Below are positions 11,112 through 21,142 of a stretch of DNA of 64,000 bases, in pieces. The stretch is from positions 62,001 through 126,000 of IMG/VR virus record IMGVR_UViG_3300022868_000009. One strand, written 5' to 3'. Positions within the stretch are counted from its first letter, which is position 1; the number at the start of each line of letters is the position of its first letter. A program made the translations under genes and the position numbers. The notes beneath the pieces are model-generated. The model ran no database searches, was not told where the DNA came from, and worked only from the letters and a program-made list of their open reading frames with translations.

Positions 11112-11446
11112 ATTATCATACTTCTATGTTGTTCATCAGGCTTACCCATATAATCAAAGGCTTCACCAACAAATTGTTTTCCTTCTCTTTTAGAAGGAAA
11201 AGGTTTTTTATCAATATTATAATTATGAAATTCATCATGAACCATAACATTATCTTTTATTATACCGTAGATTTTTTGTTTTAAAAAATTTTGATCTACT
11301 TGCCAAAAATCACCCATATCATAAATCTTTTCATTTTTAGAATAGATAATGCCTAATTTATCTAAACCTAAGATAAAGTTATCCAAGACTTTTTTCGGAC
11401 CATCCATTTTATTGGTGTCAAATCTACTCGAAAAAATATTTATCAT
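11108..11446 (-). CDS. Chimeric ORF: GT4-like N-terminus fused to a copy of the C-terminus of 13507-14163
   Basis: Last ~70 aa nearly identical to C-terminus of 13507-14163; N-terminus GPKKVLDNFILGL resembles GPGKVYNNTLKGL of 6532-7359. Confidence 0.6.
   Translation of the reverse strand: MINIFSSRFDTNKMDGPKKVLDNFILGLDKLGIIYSKNEKIYDMGDFWQVDQNFLKQKIYGIIKDNVMVHDEFHNYNIDKKPFPSKREGKQFVGEAFDYMGKPDEQHRSMII
11122..11323. repeat. ~200 bp direct repeat, copy 1 (copy 2 at 13521-13722)
   Basis: Visible near-identity from ttctatgttg to cacccatatcata in both copies. Confidence 0.85.
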
Positions 11447-12438
11447 AATTTATATTTGTTTAATTCTGATTCATAATCAATTGTAAACTTTTTACAATAA
11501 TTTAAATGTTTAATTTTATCAGGTCTTTGAAGTATTTGTTCTTTATATTCCAAATATCTTAAAGATAAATCATGTTCCAATTTTGGAATATAAATGCCAT
11601 CTTCCACTATTCTATTTTCTAAAACATCAAACATAAATTCCTTTTTTAGTTTAGTATTATATACACTATTAAAATTATCAATTAGATCAAATCTAAAATC
11701 CAATTTAGATGAACCAGGTGGTATAAAATCAATATGACAATGGACGTTGTTCGTTATCTCTATTTTCCAACCTTTGTCTTGATATCCTTTACCTATTTTC
11801 ATAATATGATTTAAACATTCTACTCTACTATTACATACTATGTCAACGTCATTGAATCCCATATAATTTGGAAAATCGTCCCATTTTTTAATTACACAAT
11901 AAGTTGGCATATCAGATAATATCTGTCTAACATCTACTTTATTTGAGAATTTCTTAAAAAAATCTAAATTAGGCAATTTTAAATAATCAAGTGTATAATC
12001 TACTTGTGATTCATAATCTGAACCGTGTATCACGTGTTCGTGTGATATACCTATATCTAATGGTTCTACCTTTTTATTAATGTCTGAAAATGGTGGATTG
12101 AACTTATTTCTTATAATTGTTTTTAAATCTTTAACTTTTTGACATTGAATATGTCTAAATGCGCCACCGCCAAAATATTTTTCATCTGGTTCAAGATTTT
12201 CCGTTAACAATAAAATCACTTTTTTTGGAGATGATAGTAAGTACCTACTCTTAGAAATTAGATGTTCCCATGGAACAGTATCACATTTATATATTCCTTT
12301 TATAAATTCCTCAATATCATCAAATATGATTTCTTTTATATAAATAGTTTTAAAATTATCTTCATCGTCTATAATTTTAATTATTTCATCAGTGTGATAT
12401 ACACCATTGCCCCAAATCAGAAAGTAATCGTATCTCAT
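11443..12438 (-). CDS. Hypothetical protein with C-terminal nucleotidyltransferase-like motif
   Basis: 331 aa ORF in operon; NDVDIVC...FRFDL motif. Confidence 0.5.
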   Translation of the reverse strand: MRYDYFLIWGNGVYHTDEIIKIIDDEDNFKTIYIKEIIFDDIEEFIKGIYKCDTVPWEHLISKSRYLLSSPKKVILLLTENLEPDEKYFGGGAFRHIQCQKVKDLKTIIRNKFNPPFSDINKKVEPLDIGISHEHVIHGSDYESQVDYTLDYLKLPNLDFFKKFSNKVDVRQILSDMPTYCVIKKWDDFPNYMGFNDVDIVCNSRVECLNHIMKIGKGYQDKGWKIEITNNVHCHIDFIPPGSSKLDFRFDLIDNFNSVYNTKLKKEFMFDVLENRIVEDGIYIPKLEHDLSLRYLEYKEQILQRPDKIKHLNYCKKFTIDYESELNKYKL

Positions 12439-13175
12439 ATTCTTATCATTTCATTTCTATATAAATCTTTAGTATTTATATTAGCAATATTACCAAACCA
12501 TTTTTCAGGTGCTATTACAATTTTATCTTCATTTGTGTTCAACCAACTTGACCACCAAGAAAATGATGAATTTGCTGTTATGTTATTTTCACATAAACTC
12601 ATTAAAAACATATCCTCAACATCTAGTTGACCCTCAATAAAAATTATATTTTCATATTTAATATTTTCCTTACACCAATCAATATCATCTGAAAAAATAT
12701 ATATTTTTTTAATGTTCTTTTTACTTCTAATATATTTCAGACCTTCATCATAATATTCCAATGATTGAACTGGATGATAGTCCATTTTACCTAAATAATC
12801 AGTTCTTCTAATGTGAAAAGAAACACTATCTTCAAAAGAATATGATTTTTTAAATTTTTCTAAAATATCCTTTTTAGGTGTAAACAATTCTCTTATGATT
12901 GATTCATATTCATTAAAATATTTATCTGATTGATAATAACCTACCAAATCTATATTTTTGTGATTTAATTCAGAATAGTGAAATCTAGGTTCATTAAAAG
13001 GCGTAGTGTTAACAGGTTTGCCCATGTTAAATTGACCTTCAAAATATTTATCATATTTCCAGTCTGGAATCACATAATCTTCATTCATTTTTCGTGAATG
13101 TGCAATGGTAGCAGCAATTTGGAACATCTGGTTTCCAAGTCTGCCATATTCACCTAATTTACTATAACTAATCAT
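12435..13175 (-). CDS. Second GT11 alpha-1,2-fucosyltransferase-like protein
   Basis: GRLGNQMFQ, GYYQS, HIRRTDY, FSDDIDWC, NSSFSWW. Confidence 0.9.
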   Translation of the reverse strand: MISYSKLGEYGRLGNQMFQIAATIAHSRKMNEDYVIPDWKYDKYFEGQFNMGKPVNTTPFNEPRFHYSELNHKNIDLVGYYQSDKYFNEYESIIRELFTPKKDILEKFKKSYSFEDSVSFHIRRTDYLGKMDYHPVQSLEYYDEGLKYIRSKKNIKKIYIFSDDIDWCKENIKYENIIFIEGQLDVEDMFLMSLCENNITANSSFSWWSSWLNTNEDKIVIAPEKWFGNIANINTKDLYRNEMIRI

Positions 13176-13510
13176 CTTATAAAAACGTCTATTTCTTTTT
13201 CTTCTTTGTGTAATAATATACAAGATCTATGAAAACCGTCTATTATTACATAAATATCATCTTTTTCAACACACTCAATATATTTATATTTGTTTCCTTT
13301 ACTTAAATAATCGAATTCTTTCATTAATTTTTCGAACTTTTCGACTGAATGATCAGGTTGTTTTGCAATTTTAAGATATTCGATGTAAGGTTCTATATTA
13401 CCTAGTAAAAATTGATAATGTGGAGACTCTTCTAATTTTATCAATTTCACAGTAGGATAGAAAGTTATTAAATTTACCCGTATATCATCTATATTAATTT
13501 TTTTAATCAT
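13172..13510 (-). CDS. ParB/Srx-like small protein
   Basis: YVIIDGFHR motif. Confidence 0.55.
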   Translation of the reverse strand: MIKKINIDDIRVNLITFYPTVKLIKLEESPHYQFLLGNIEPYIEYLKIAKQPDHSVEKFEKLMKEFDYLSKGNKYKYIECVEKDDIYVIIDGFHRSCILLHKEEKEIDVFIR

Positions 13511-14163
13511 TTAATCATATTTCTATGTTGTTTATTAGGTTCACCCATATAATCAAAGGCTTCACCAACAAATTGTTTACCTTCCCTTTTAGATGGAAAA
13601 GGTTTTTTATTGATATTATAATTATGAAATTCATCATGAACCATAACATCATCCTTTATAATATTATAGATTTTTTGTTTTAAAAAATTTTGATCTACTT
13701 GCCAAAAGTCACCCATATCATACTCCTCAATCATTTTTTTCATATCCTTCAATATATCACCTCTAACTCCCCACATACCACCTAATATTTCAGCACCATG
13801 CCAAGGATGGTCTCTCATAATATGAAAAGATTTATCACTTTCTAACCATTCATCAACAGCCAATTTTTCCCTCATATTTAATCTGCTATCCGTATCTCTA
13901 CTAATCATAACATCAACATCTGGTTCAGATGCAGGATAAAATCTCCAAAACATTCCTCTCCAGTCTCCTTCCTCATCCATCATTATAATTTCATTATTTT
14001 CTATTTCTTGTATCTTCTTAATAGTTGTTTTAGATGTTGACTGACCACAATAATATCTAGCAACCCAACCTGGATATATTTCACTCAATAATTCAGCATT
14101 TTTAATCGCACCAATATTATACTTCGGATCTTTACCCCATAAACAAAAACTTATTACTTTCAT
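13507..14163 (-). CDS. Putative glycosyltransferase
   Basis: ISFCLWG, MFWRF, SRDTDSR, MRDHPWH, GGMWG, DQNFL. Confidence 0.65.
   Translation of the reverse strand: MKVISFCLWGKDPKYNIGAIKNAELLSEIYPGWVARYYCGQSTSKTTIKKIQEIENNEIIMMDEEGDWRGMFWRFYPASEPDVDVMISRDTDSRLNMREKLAVDEWLESDKSFHIMRDHPWHGAEILGGMWGVRGDILKDMKKMIEEYDMGDFWQVDQNFLKQKIYNIIKDDVMVHDEFHNYNINKKPFPSKREGKQFVGEAFDYMGEPNKQHRNMIK
13521..13722. repeat. ~200 bp direct repeat, copy 2
   Basis: Matches 11122-11323. Confidence 0.85.
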
Positions 14164-14733
14164 TTATTCTATATCTTCTTTTTTAAAAGCGTGAGATGAC
14201 CAACCAGCCATACCAACTTTTTTAGTTACTGAAAAACCTTTTTCTTCCAAAAAATGATAAATATCGACATTATTTAAATGTAAATTTTCAAAATATATGT
14301 TCTTTATATTATATTTTTCAAAATCAATACTCTTAATAATTAAATCATCAGTGCCTTCGGCGTCAATATATAAAATATCAATATCTAGTAACTTATATTT
14401 ATCGAACAACAGATTAATCGTTAAACATTCCACGTCAAGTCTAACTATACCATCTTTACCATAACCATGTTTTAGAATATGGTTCATTTTTAAAGATGCT
14501 ACCTCATAAAGGGGTCCATCATTTTCATGATAAAAAAATGTCATCTTGTCTCTTAGTGTTGGAAAAATCACAACATTTTCTAAATGTTTATTATTAACCC
14601 AATCATAACATTCTAAAATTTTATCATTGTGTACCATTAATGGCTCAACCAAAACCAAAATATTTGGTTGATCAGTAATTATTTTAGTTAAATCATCATT
14701 TGCTTGACAAACACCTATTTGCACAATATTCAT
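14164..14733 (-). CDS. FkbM-like methyltransferase
   Basis: IVQIG, LVEP, IDILYIDAEGTD, IYFE. Confidence 0.75.
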   Translation of the reverse strand: MNIVQIGVCQANDDLTKIITDQPNILVLVEPLMVHNDKILECYDWVNNKHLENVVIFPTLRDKMTFFYHENDGPLYEVASLKMNHILKHGYGKDGIVRLDVECLTINLLFDKYKLLDIDILYIDAEGTDDLIIKSIDFEKYNIKNIYFENLHLNNVDIYHFLEEKGFSVTKKVGMAGWSSHAFKKEDIE

Positions 14734-15426
14734 TTAATTAATATCTTCTTTTTTAATACCAAATCTATTACTTAATCTTAATTCAAAAAACTTAGCATCT
14801 ATAGGATAATATTTGTGATTTGAAACATACAACTCATCCATTTTCCCTCTGTGTTCTGGAATATCTGGATGTTCATGTTTAATTATAACTTCATCAATAA
14901 AAGTTTGTCTTTTAAATCTACTTGCAACTCTTGTAAACTCATCATCAGAATAAAAGCTCTTATAACCTGGATGATAAATATATCCAAATCTATCGTAATA
15001 TTTCTTACCTAATATACATAAGGTATTAAGATCTCTTCTGTTTCCATCAAAAAACCATAAAACACCATCGGTGTCAGGATAATATTTCTTCATATTATCT
15101 CTGATTTTTGTATCATAACCTTGCATTTTTGGCATCATATCATCGGAAGCTAATAAAACAATATCCCAATCATCTTCAAAATCGTTCATATCAGCATTTA
15201 TAGCTTCTATTTTAGTCTTTGAAAAACCAATAAATATATCGACATTTTCGCATATTCCCTCAATTCTATCTAAAACTTTATCATTATTCATAGTTTTATC
15301 ATCATCATCAATTGAAATAAGAAAATGTGTATTTTCTTTATCATCCAATAAATCGAGATATTTTTGAAATGAATCAAAAAATTTCTTAGGTCTATTTCTG
15401 GTTGGGAATTTAATTAATAATTTCAT
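14734..15426 (-). CDS. GT-A fold glycosyltransferase
   Basis: KFPTRNRP, LASDDM, DDEFT, IKHEHP. Confidence 0.65.
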   Translation of the reverse strand: MKLLIKFPTRNRPKKFFDSFQKYLDLLDDKENTHFLISIDDDDKTMNNDKVLDRIEGICENVDIFIGFSKTKIEAINADMNDFEDDWDIVLLASDDMMPKMQGYDTKIRDNMKKYYPDTDGVLWFFDGNRRDLNTLCILGKKYYDRFGYIYHPGYKSFYSDDEFTRVASRFKRQTFIDEVIIKHEHPDIPEHRGKMDELYVSNHKYYPIDAKFFELRLSNRFGIKKEDIN

Positions 15427-16135
15427 TTTTTATTTTTATTTTTATAAAATCTATAATAGACATAGGTGAAAAATGATCGTATGAATAACTTGCACCAAAA
15501 TCACTATCGCCAAATTTTGGATCATAATATAATTTTACACCGTTTGTTAGTCTTGTATCTATTTTTAATATAATCATATTATTTTTATCTAAATTAAATC
15601 TACTAATTAAATCATTCACATAAAACATCGAAGATTCTAAATTATCAAAAACATAGATTCTATCTGGATGTTTTTCTATTTTATTTAATGAATTTGGATA
15701 AACTCCATTTTTATTTATTTTATCCAAAAATTTCTTTTCTGTTACGTGAAATAAGTAAATAGGAATACCTTTTAATTCACTATCAAATTTTTTATTTAAT
15801 TCTATATTAATATATTTATAATCACCAAACCATTCATAATTATTTGGTAAATCTTTACCATTTTCACCAGTATCTAATTTCCAATATGAAGTATTATAAC
15901 CAGAAACATTTAAAATTGATTTAATATAATCAATTAAATCTTCAGTAACATTATTTCTCAGTATTTTTATTTTAAATGAAAAAGAATCAAAAGAAATTTC
16001 AAAATTTTCACGTTTTAAAATACCCGCCAAATCTTCATAATCCCAACTACTAATTAAACCTTCTTTAATAAGAGAATTATTAAATTCGTCAATCATATCT
16101 CTTTGAAAGATCTTTCTATAATTTAAAATTTTCAT
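15410..16135 (-). CDS. Hypothetical protein with C-terminal ADP-ribosyltransferase/Tpt1-like HxT domain
   Basis: YLFHVT...INKNGVYP...HPDRIY...YYDP. Confidence 0.5.
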   Translation of the reverse strand: MKILNYRKIFQRDMIDEFNNSLIKEGLISSWDYEDLAGILKRENFEISFDSFSFKIKILRNNVTEDLIDYIKSILNVSGYNTSYWKLDTGENGKDLPNNYEWFGDYKYINIELNKKFDSELKGIPIYLFHVTEKKFLDKINKNGVYPNSLNKIEKHPDRIYVFDNLESSMFYVNDLISRFNLDKNNMIILKIDTRLTNGVKLYYDPKFGDSDFGASYSYDHFSPMSIIDFIKIKIKNEIIN

Positions 16136-17051
16136 TTTTATTTTCAATTAATTTCTCAAAGATTTTTAAAGAAACTTTATTACCAATATCTTCATTATAT
16201 GATATATAACCACATAATCGTTCATATATTTCATTGTTTTTAACATCTTCAATAATATCATCTAAAATATCATTCACATATTCTATAAATTCTTGGCTTT
16301 TTTGTTTAAAAAAATTATTCCAATTACTATAATATTTAATTAAATCACCATCAAATTGATCACCAATAGATTCACTGAATTCTTTAGTAAATTCTAAAAT
16401 ATCTGGTTTTTTAATAAATTCTAAATAATCAAAATTTTGTAATTTTGTTAAAGCTTCATATACAAATGACTTTTTAAATATTTCAAATAATTTATCTTTA
16501 TCTATAATATTAATATATCTATACATTTCATATAACATATTATGTCTAGTAATTAACTCATGTTCTAATGATAAATATACCAACTCGACAAATTCAGGGC
16601 ATTTATTTTTAAATTTAGAAATTGTCATAGATTTTACAAATTCTTGAATTTCAACATCACCAGAAACTGTATATATATCATATATATGTCTAATTTCATG
16701 TGATATAATAGACATTAAATAATCTATATCTATTTTATCATCAACAATTTTTACAGGTATAATAACTGGTTTTTCAGGTTCAGTTAATATATCATATATA
16801 TTTATATTGGAATAATATGGTTCTTTATTTCCTTTTTGGTAATTAATAACAATATCTATATTAAAGGAATCTATTTGATAATTATTATTAAAAAAATTGT
16901 CACCGTTATTAATTATATCTTTTCTTATTAATGAATATATTTTTTTAAGTAAAACTGGAAAGCTTTTATCTTTAAAATCTTCAAATATTTGACTATTTTC
17001 ATCTATAAATTGGTTCCATTTTTTAATAGATTGTTTTTTATTCAATTTCAT
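16116..17051 (-). CDS. Hypothetical protein with HExxH metallopeptidase-like motif
   Basis: IISHEIRHIYD followed by a downstream Glu. Confidence 0.45.
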   Translation of the reverse strand: MKLNKKQSIKKWNQFIDENSQIFEDFKDKSFPVLLKKIYSLIRKDIINNGDNFFNNNYQIDSFNIDIVINYQKGNKEPYYSNINIYDILTEPEKPVIIPVKIVDDKIDIDYLMSIISHEIRHIYDIYTVSGDVEIQEFVKSMTISKFKNKCPEFVELVYLSLEHELITRHNMLYEMYRYINIIDKDKLFEIFKKSFVYEALTKLQNFDYLEFIKKPDILEFTKEFSESIGDQFDGDLIKYYSNWNNFFKQKSQEFIEYVNDILDDIIEDVKNNEIYERLCGYISYNEDIGNKVSLKIFEKLIENKNENFKL

Positions 17052-17722
17052 TTATAATTTTTAAAAAATCAGGATTTATATGATTATAAGAATAGAAACC
17101 ATCTGATCTAGGATCTTCATATAACTCCAAATTATTTATATTAATTTCATAAATAATATATTTATTAGATTCATCATTTAACTTATCATTTAATCTATTT
17201 TTAGATAAAATATTTTGAGCATCATTAATATCAATAGAAAAATACAATCGACCTGGTCCAATCACCTTTTTCGAAAAAAGAAGGACACAAACCTTTCTTT
17301 TTAATTTTTCCAACATTTTCAATATTTGTAACATGGTACAACTTATTTGGTGTATATTGTAATTTCTTATCAAACCTAGATTCAAAAAACAATTTAATTT
17401 TATCATTTTTATTAGATTCTACTTCATAAGACTTAAAATCCTTCCAAGGAAAGATTCTAGATATATTTTCGCGTTCCAATTCAAAATAACTCAAATAAAA
17501 CCCCAAAACATTATATACGTGGAATAAATATTCCAAATCATTTTCAGTCAATAAAACATCATATGATAATATAAAAGTATTGTTATTATAATCAAATTCA
17601 ACAATACACCAATAATTTAGTTTACTAGATTCTCTTTCTATGATATTTTTACATTTTGATAATTCGTGAGTTTTTATCAATCCTTCATTAATCATCAACA
17701 CACAATCCTTATACTTTAACAT
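17038..17722 (-). pseudogene. Paralogue of 15410-16135 (HxT ART/Tpt1-like), split by a frameshift at a T6 run
   Basis: LYHVT...KKGLCPS in ORF 17231-17722; GPGRLYFS...LYEDPRS in overlapping ORF 17038-17406; junction at 17274-17279. Confidence 0.65.
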
Positions 17723-17813
17723 TTTTTGTCGATTATTTTAAAAATACTTTTTCTTTTTTATATATAATAAAAAATCAACATCCAGTTTGGAAAATCTATT
17801 TAATGAAAATGAT

Positions 17814-18917
17814 ATGAGTAAAAAATTAACTATAGAAGATATAAGAAATAAAAGTGATAATATACACAAAACAAAATATATAATAAAAGACCAATCATTT
17901 GAAAATAATAAATCTAAAATTGAAATTAAATGCGTTGAATGTGGTTATATATTTTTTCAACAAATCAACAACCACATAAATAGAGGAGATGGTTGTCCCA
18001 AATGTTATGGTAAAAATAAAAAAACAATAAATGAAATAAGAGATCTTAGTAAAAAAATTCATGGAAATATTTATGAAATACCAGAACAAAAATATATAAA
18101 CATGAAATCTAAAATACAAATTTTATGTAAAAAATGTAATACTTATTTTTCTCAATCATCTAATAATCACATTTACCAAAAACAAGGTTGTGTATTATGT
18201 AATGGTAATAATAAATTATCTTTACAAGATATTGTAAAAAAAGATACACAAAACAACAAAGAAAAATTTGAAATACCTGAACAAGAAATAAAAAACACTA
18301 GTCAAAAAATTAAAATTTATTGTAATGATTGCAAATCATATTTTTACAGAAATATAAATTCACATATAAATAGAAAATCAAAATATTGTCCTAATTGTTC
18401 TCCTGTACAGAAATTGACATTAAAAAAAATAAGAGAAAAAAGTCTACTTTTACATAAAGGAAAATATATAATACCTGATCAAACATTTGTAAACAATACT
18501 TCATTCATAAAAATATATTGCAAAAAATGTAAACAAATATATAAACAAAAAATAATGGTTCACTTAGATAATAGAATTAAAGGATGTAATAATTGTAAAT
18601 GTTCTAAAGGTGAAATTACAATATCAAACATATTAAAAAACAATAAAATAGATTTCATAACACAAAAAAGATTTAAAAATTGTAGATATAAATTACCTTT
18701 ACCGTTTGATTTTTATTTAACAGAAAAAAATTTATGCATTGAATATGATGGTGAATTACATTATATTTCAAAAGATTATTTTGGTGGTGATGAAAAACTA
18801 AAAGAAACACAAAGAAATGATAAAATAAAAACAGAATATTGCGAAAAAAATAAAATAAAATTATTAAGAATTAAATATGATGAAAATATCATCGAAAAAT
18901 TAAAAGAGATAATGTGA
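17814..18917 (+). CDS. Free-standing homing endonuclease: CxxC repeats plus C-terminal DUF559/Vsr-like nuclease
   Basis: Repeated CxxC...H...GCPxC units; PFDFYL...CIEYDGELHY...DKIK...LLRIKY. Confidence 0.8.
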   Translation: MSKKLTIEDIRNKSDNIHKTKYIIKDQSFENNKSKIEIKCVECGYIFFQQINNHINRGDGCPKCYGKNKKTINEIRDLSKKIHGNIYEIPEQKYINMKSKIQILCKKCNTYFSQSSNNHIYQKQGCVLCNGNNKLSLQDIVKKDTQNNKEKFEIPEQEIKNTSQKIKIYCNDCKSYFYRNINSHINRKSKYCPNCSPVQKLTLKKIREKSLLLHKGKYIIPDQTFVNNTSFIKIYCKKCKQIYKQKIMVHLDNRIKGCNNCKCSKGEITISNILKNNKIDFITQKRFKNCRYKLPLPFDFYLTEKNLCIEYDGELHYISKDYFGGDEKLKETQRNDKIKTEYCEKNKIKLLRIKYDENIIEKLKEIM

Positions 18918-19600
18918 AAATACTAAAAAACTATAATTCATTTATTTTTGAACAATTAACGCCAACAAACACAGAAATGATTGAATTCACATCAAAAGAA
19001 ATTAAAGAACTATTTGTAGATACTGATATATTAGAAAGTATAATAACAAGTGAGAATAGTTTATTAAAATCAATTAATGCAGAAGAAGTTAATTTTTTCA
19101 AAACATTTAGTCTTGATGTAGATTCATTTGATAATCTAAACAGTATTGATGAATTATATGAAGATGAAGAATTCAATAAAAAATTGGTATCACTTAAATA
19201 TAAGAAAACAAATCTAGAAGAAACTGAAGAATCAGAAACATTTATAGATAAAACAGTTGATATAAAGTTTTTCTTAATACATAAAGAAGAACAATCTGAA
19301 TTAGAAAAACCAGAATATATTATTTACCAATCTAAAAAAAGAGGAGAATTTAAATGGGAAAATATCAAATGTTATAAAGTAAATGAAGACATGAGAAATT
19401 TTTACGACAAACTTACTTCTAAGACAGTTGAAATATCTAAAGGAGAGAAAAAATATATCTATAACACATCTAATGGAGGTGTTGATTGGGTATTACAAAA
19501 CGTGGATGATGAAGACAAAACCTTCAAAAGAGACATGGAAAATAATGATATAAAAGCTATTTTAGTAGATGAAGAAATATCAATTACAATAGTTGCATAA
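18914..19600 (+). CDS. Hypothetical phage protein
   Basis: 228 aa ORF with tag-like N-terminus MKILKNYNSFIFE. Confidence 0.6.
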   Translation: MKILKNYNSFIFEQLTPTNTEMIEFTSKEIKELFVDTDILESIITSENSLLKSINAEEVNFFKTFSLDVDSFDNLNSIDELYEDEEFNKKLVSLKYKKTNLEETEESETFIDKTVDIKFFLIHKEEQSELEKPEYIIYQSKKRGEFKWENIKCYKVNEDMRNFYDKLTSKTVEISKGEKKYIYNTSNGGVDWVLQNVDDEDKTFKRDMENNDIKAILVDEEISITIVA

Positions 19601-19615
19601 AAATGAAATTTAAAA

Positions 19616-19873
19616 ATGAAAATACTTAAATTTAAACAATTCGAAAGTAATACTAATTCAACAGATGATAAAGATTTCAATGAAAATATTACAGGTAATC
19701 TTGATCAAGATTTTAATTTAATCATTAATTATATAAATGATAATGATAATTATGAAAAATTTTTATCTTGTTTAACAACATATATAAAAAATCACCCAGG
19801 AATAACAACTGATAGCCGTTGGTTGGAAATTACCAATTTATGGTTTAATAAATATATTTTAAATAAAAAATAA
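19616..19873 (+). CDS. Hypothetical protein (MKILKFKQFES tag)
   Basis: ORF; first 32 nt identical to next gene. Confidence 0.6.
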   Translation: MKILKFKQFESNTNSTDDKDFNENITGNLDQDFNLIINYINDNDNYEKFLSCLTTYIKNHPGITTDSRWLEITNLWFNKYILNKK

Positions 19874-19881
19874 AACAAATT

Positions 19882-20280
19882 ATGAAAATACTTAAATTTA
19901 AACAATTCGAAAGCGAGACTTTCTATAATACTGACTCAACAGAATATGATACACAAGAAGAATACAAAGATGAAAAGAAAGTCCCAAATTATGATGATTA
20001 TATAAATAATAAAATAACTGAAAAAGATTTTCCTAATATTGACTCTACAGTAAAAGATATGCACCTTAACGATAAAATTACACTAAATGATTTATCAATA
20101 TTAGATAATTATATTAATAACACAAAAGATTATCTTGAAACAAATTTTGTTCTTTTTAGATTATATATTGAACATGATGAATTAACTATGGATTCAACTT
20201 TAAAAGAAACATGGCTAAAAATGGCTAAAAGATGGTACGAAAAATTAGATAAAAAATATTTTGGTATAAATTATCAATAA
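19882..20280 (+). CDS. Hypothetical protein (MKILKFKQFES tag)
   Basis: ORF; paralogous start with 19616. Confidence 0.6.
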   Translation: MKILKFKQFESETFYNTDSTEYDTQEEYKDEKKVPNYDDYINNKITEKDFPNIDSTVKDMHLNDKITLNDLSILDNYINNTKDYLETNFVLFRLYIEHDELTMDSTLKETWLKMAKRWYEKLDKKYFGINYQ

Positions 20281-20284
20281 CCAT

Positions 20285-20635
20285 ATGTACACAAATATAA
20301 ACGATTTTGAAGAACATAAACTTTTTCTTGAATACTCAAGGATTTTAGAAGAAATATTTAAAGATAGTCATTTTGAAATAGTACCTAATAAAGAAATTGA
20401 AGATGGTTATACTTTCTATGAAGTAAATATTCCTAGACTGATGCAATTTATAATCGAAGAAGATTCAGAAATAATAGACATCTATAAAGAATCTAAAAAA
20501 TCTGTAAAAGAAGCAAAAAACGGATGTCCACCTAAAACTATCAAGGAATACGAAGAAATAGATGATTTGATAAGCGTTTATTTTGAAAAAAATTATCCAT
20601 CAATGGTTAATGCTATTAAATTTGACCTAATGTAA
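20285..20635 (+). CDS. Hypothetical protein
   Basis: 116 aa ORF in operon. Confidence 0.55.
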   Translation: MYTNINDFEEHKLFLEYSRILEEIFKDSHFEIVPNKEIEDGYTFYEVNIPRLMQFIIEEDSEIIDIYKESKKSVKEAKNGCPPKTIKEYEEIDDLISVYFEKNYPSMVNAIKFDLM

Positions 20636-20636
20636 A

Positions 20637-21089
20637 TTAACCATTCAATTCTCTTTCAGTATCTCTTTCAATATCCCTATTTTTAATAGATTCTTTCTTT
20701 TGAAATAATTTTTTACCTTTAGCCAATGCAATTTCTACTTTAGCTAAACCTTTATCATTAATAAATAATCTTGTTGGTACAATTGTTAACCCTTTTTCAC
20801 TAACACCCTTTTTGAGTTTCTTCAATTGTTTCTTAGTTAATAACAATTTTCTATCACGTTTTGGTTCATGATTATTAATAGTACCCATTTCATATTCAGC
20901 AATATGAAGACTTTTTAAATACAATCCATCTTCTTTAAAAATGCAAAATGAATCTGTAAAAGAAACATTACCATTTCTAATAGATTTAATTTCAGTACCT
21001 AATAATATCATACCAGCTACATATGTATTTATCCACTCATATAAGTATGAGGCTTTTTTATATTTTATATTTATATCTTTATTTTGCAT
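20637..21089 (-). CDS. smpB: SsrA-binding protein SmpB
   Basis: AGMILLGTEIKSIR, NHEPKRDRKLLL, GLTIVP, KVEIALAKGKK, IKNRD. Confidence 0.95.
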   Translation of the reverse strand: MQNKDINIKYKKASYLYEWINTYVAGMILLGTEIKSIRNGNVSFTDSFCIFKEDGLYLKSLHIAEYEMGTINNHEPKRDRKLLLTKKQLKKLKKGVSEKGLTIVPTRLFINDKGLAKVEIALAKGKKLFQKKESIKNRDIERDTERELNG

Positions 21090-21142
21090 ATGAATTTATG
21101 AATTTAAATTTTAAATATATAGTTTTAAATCTTATCATAAAT

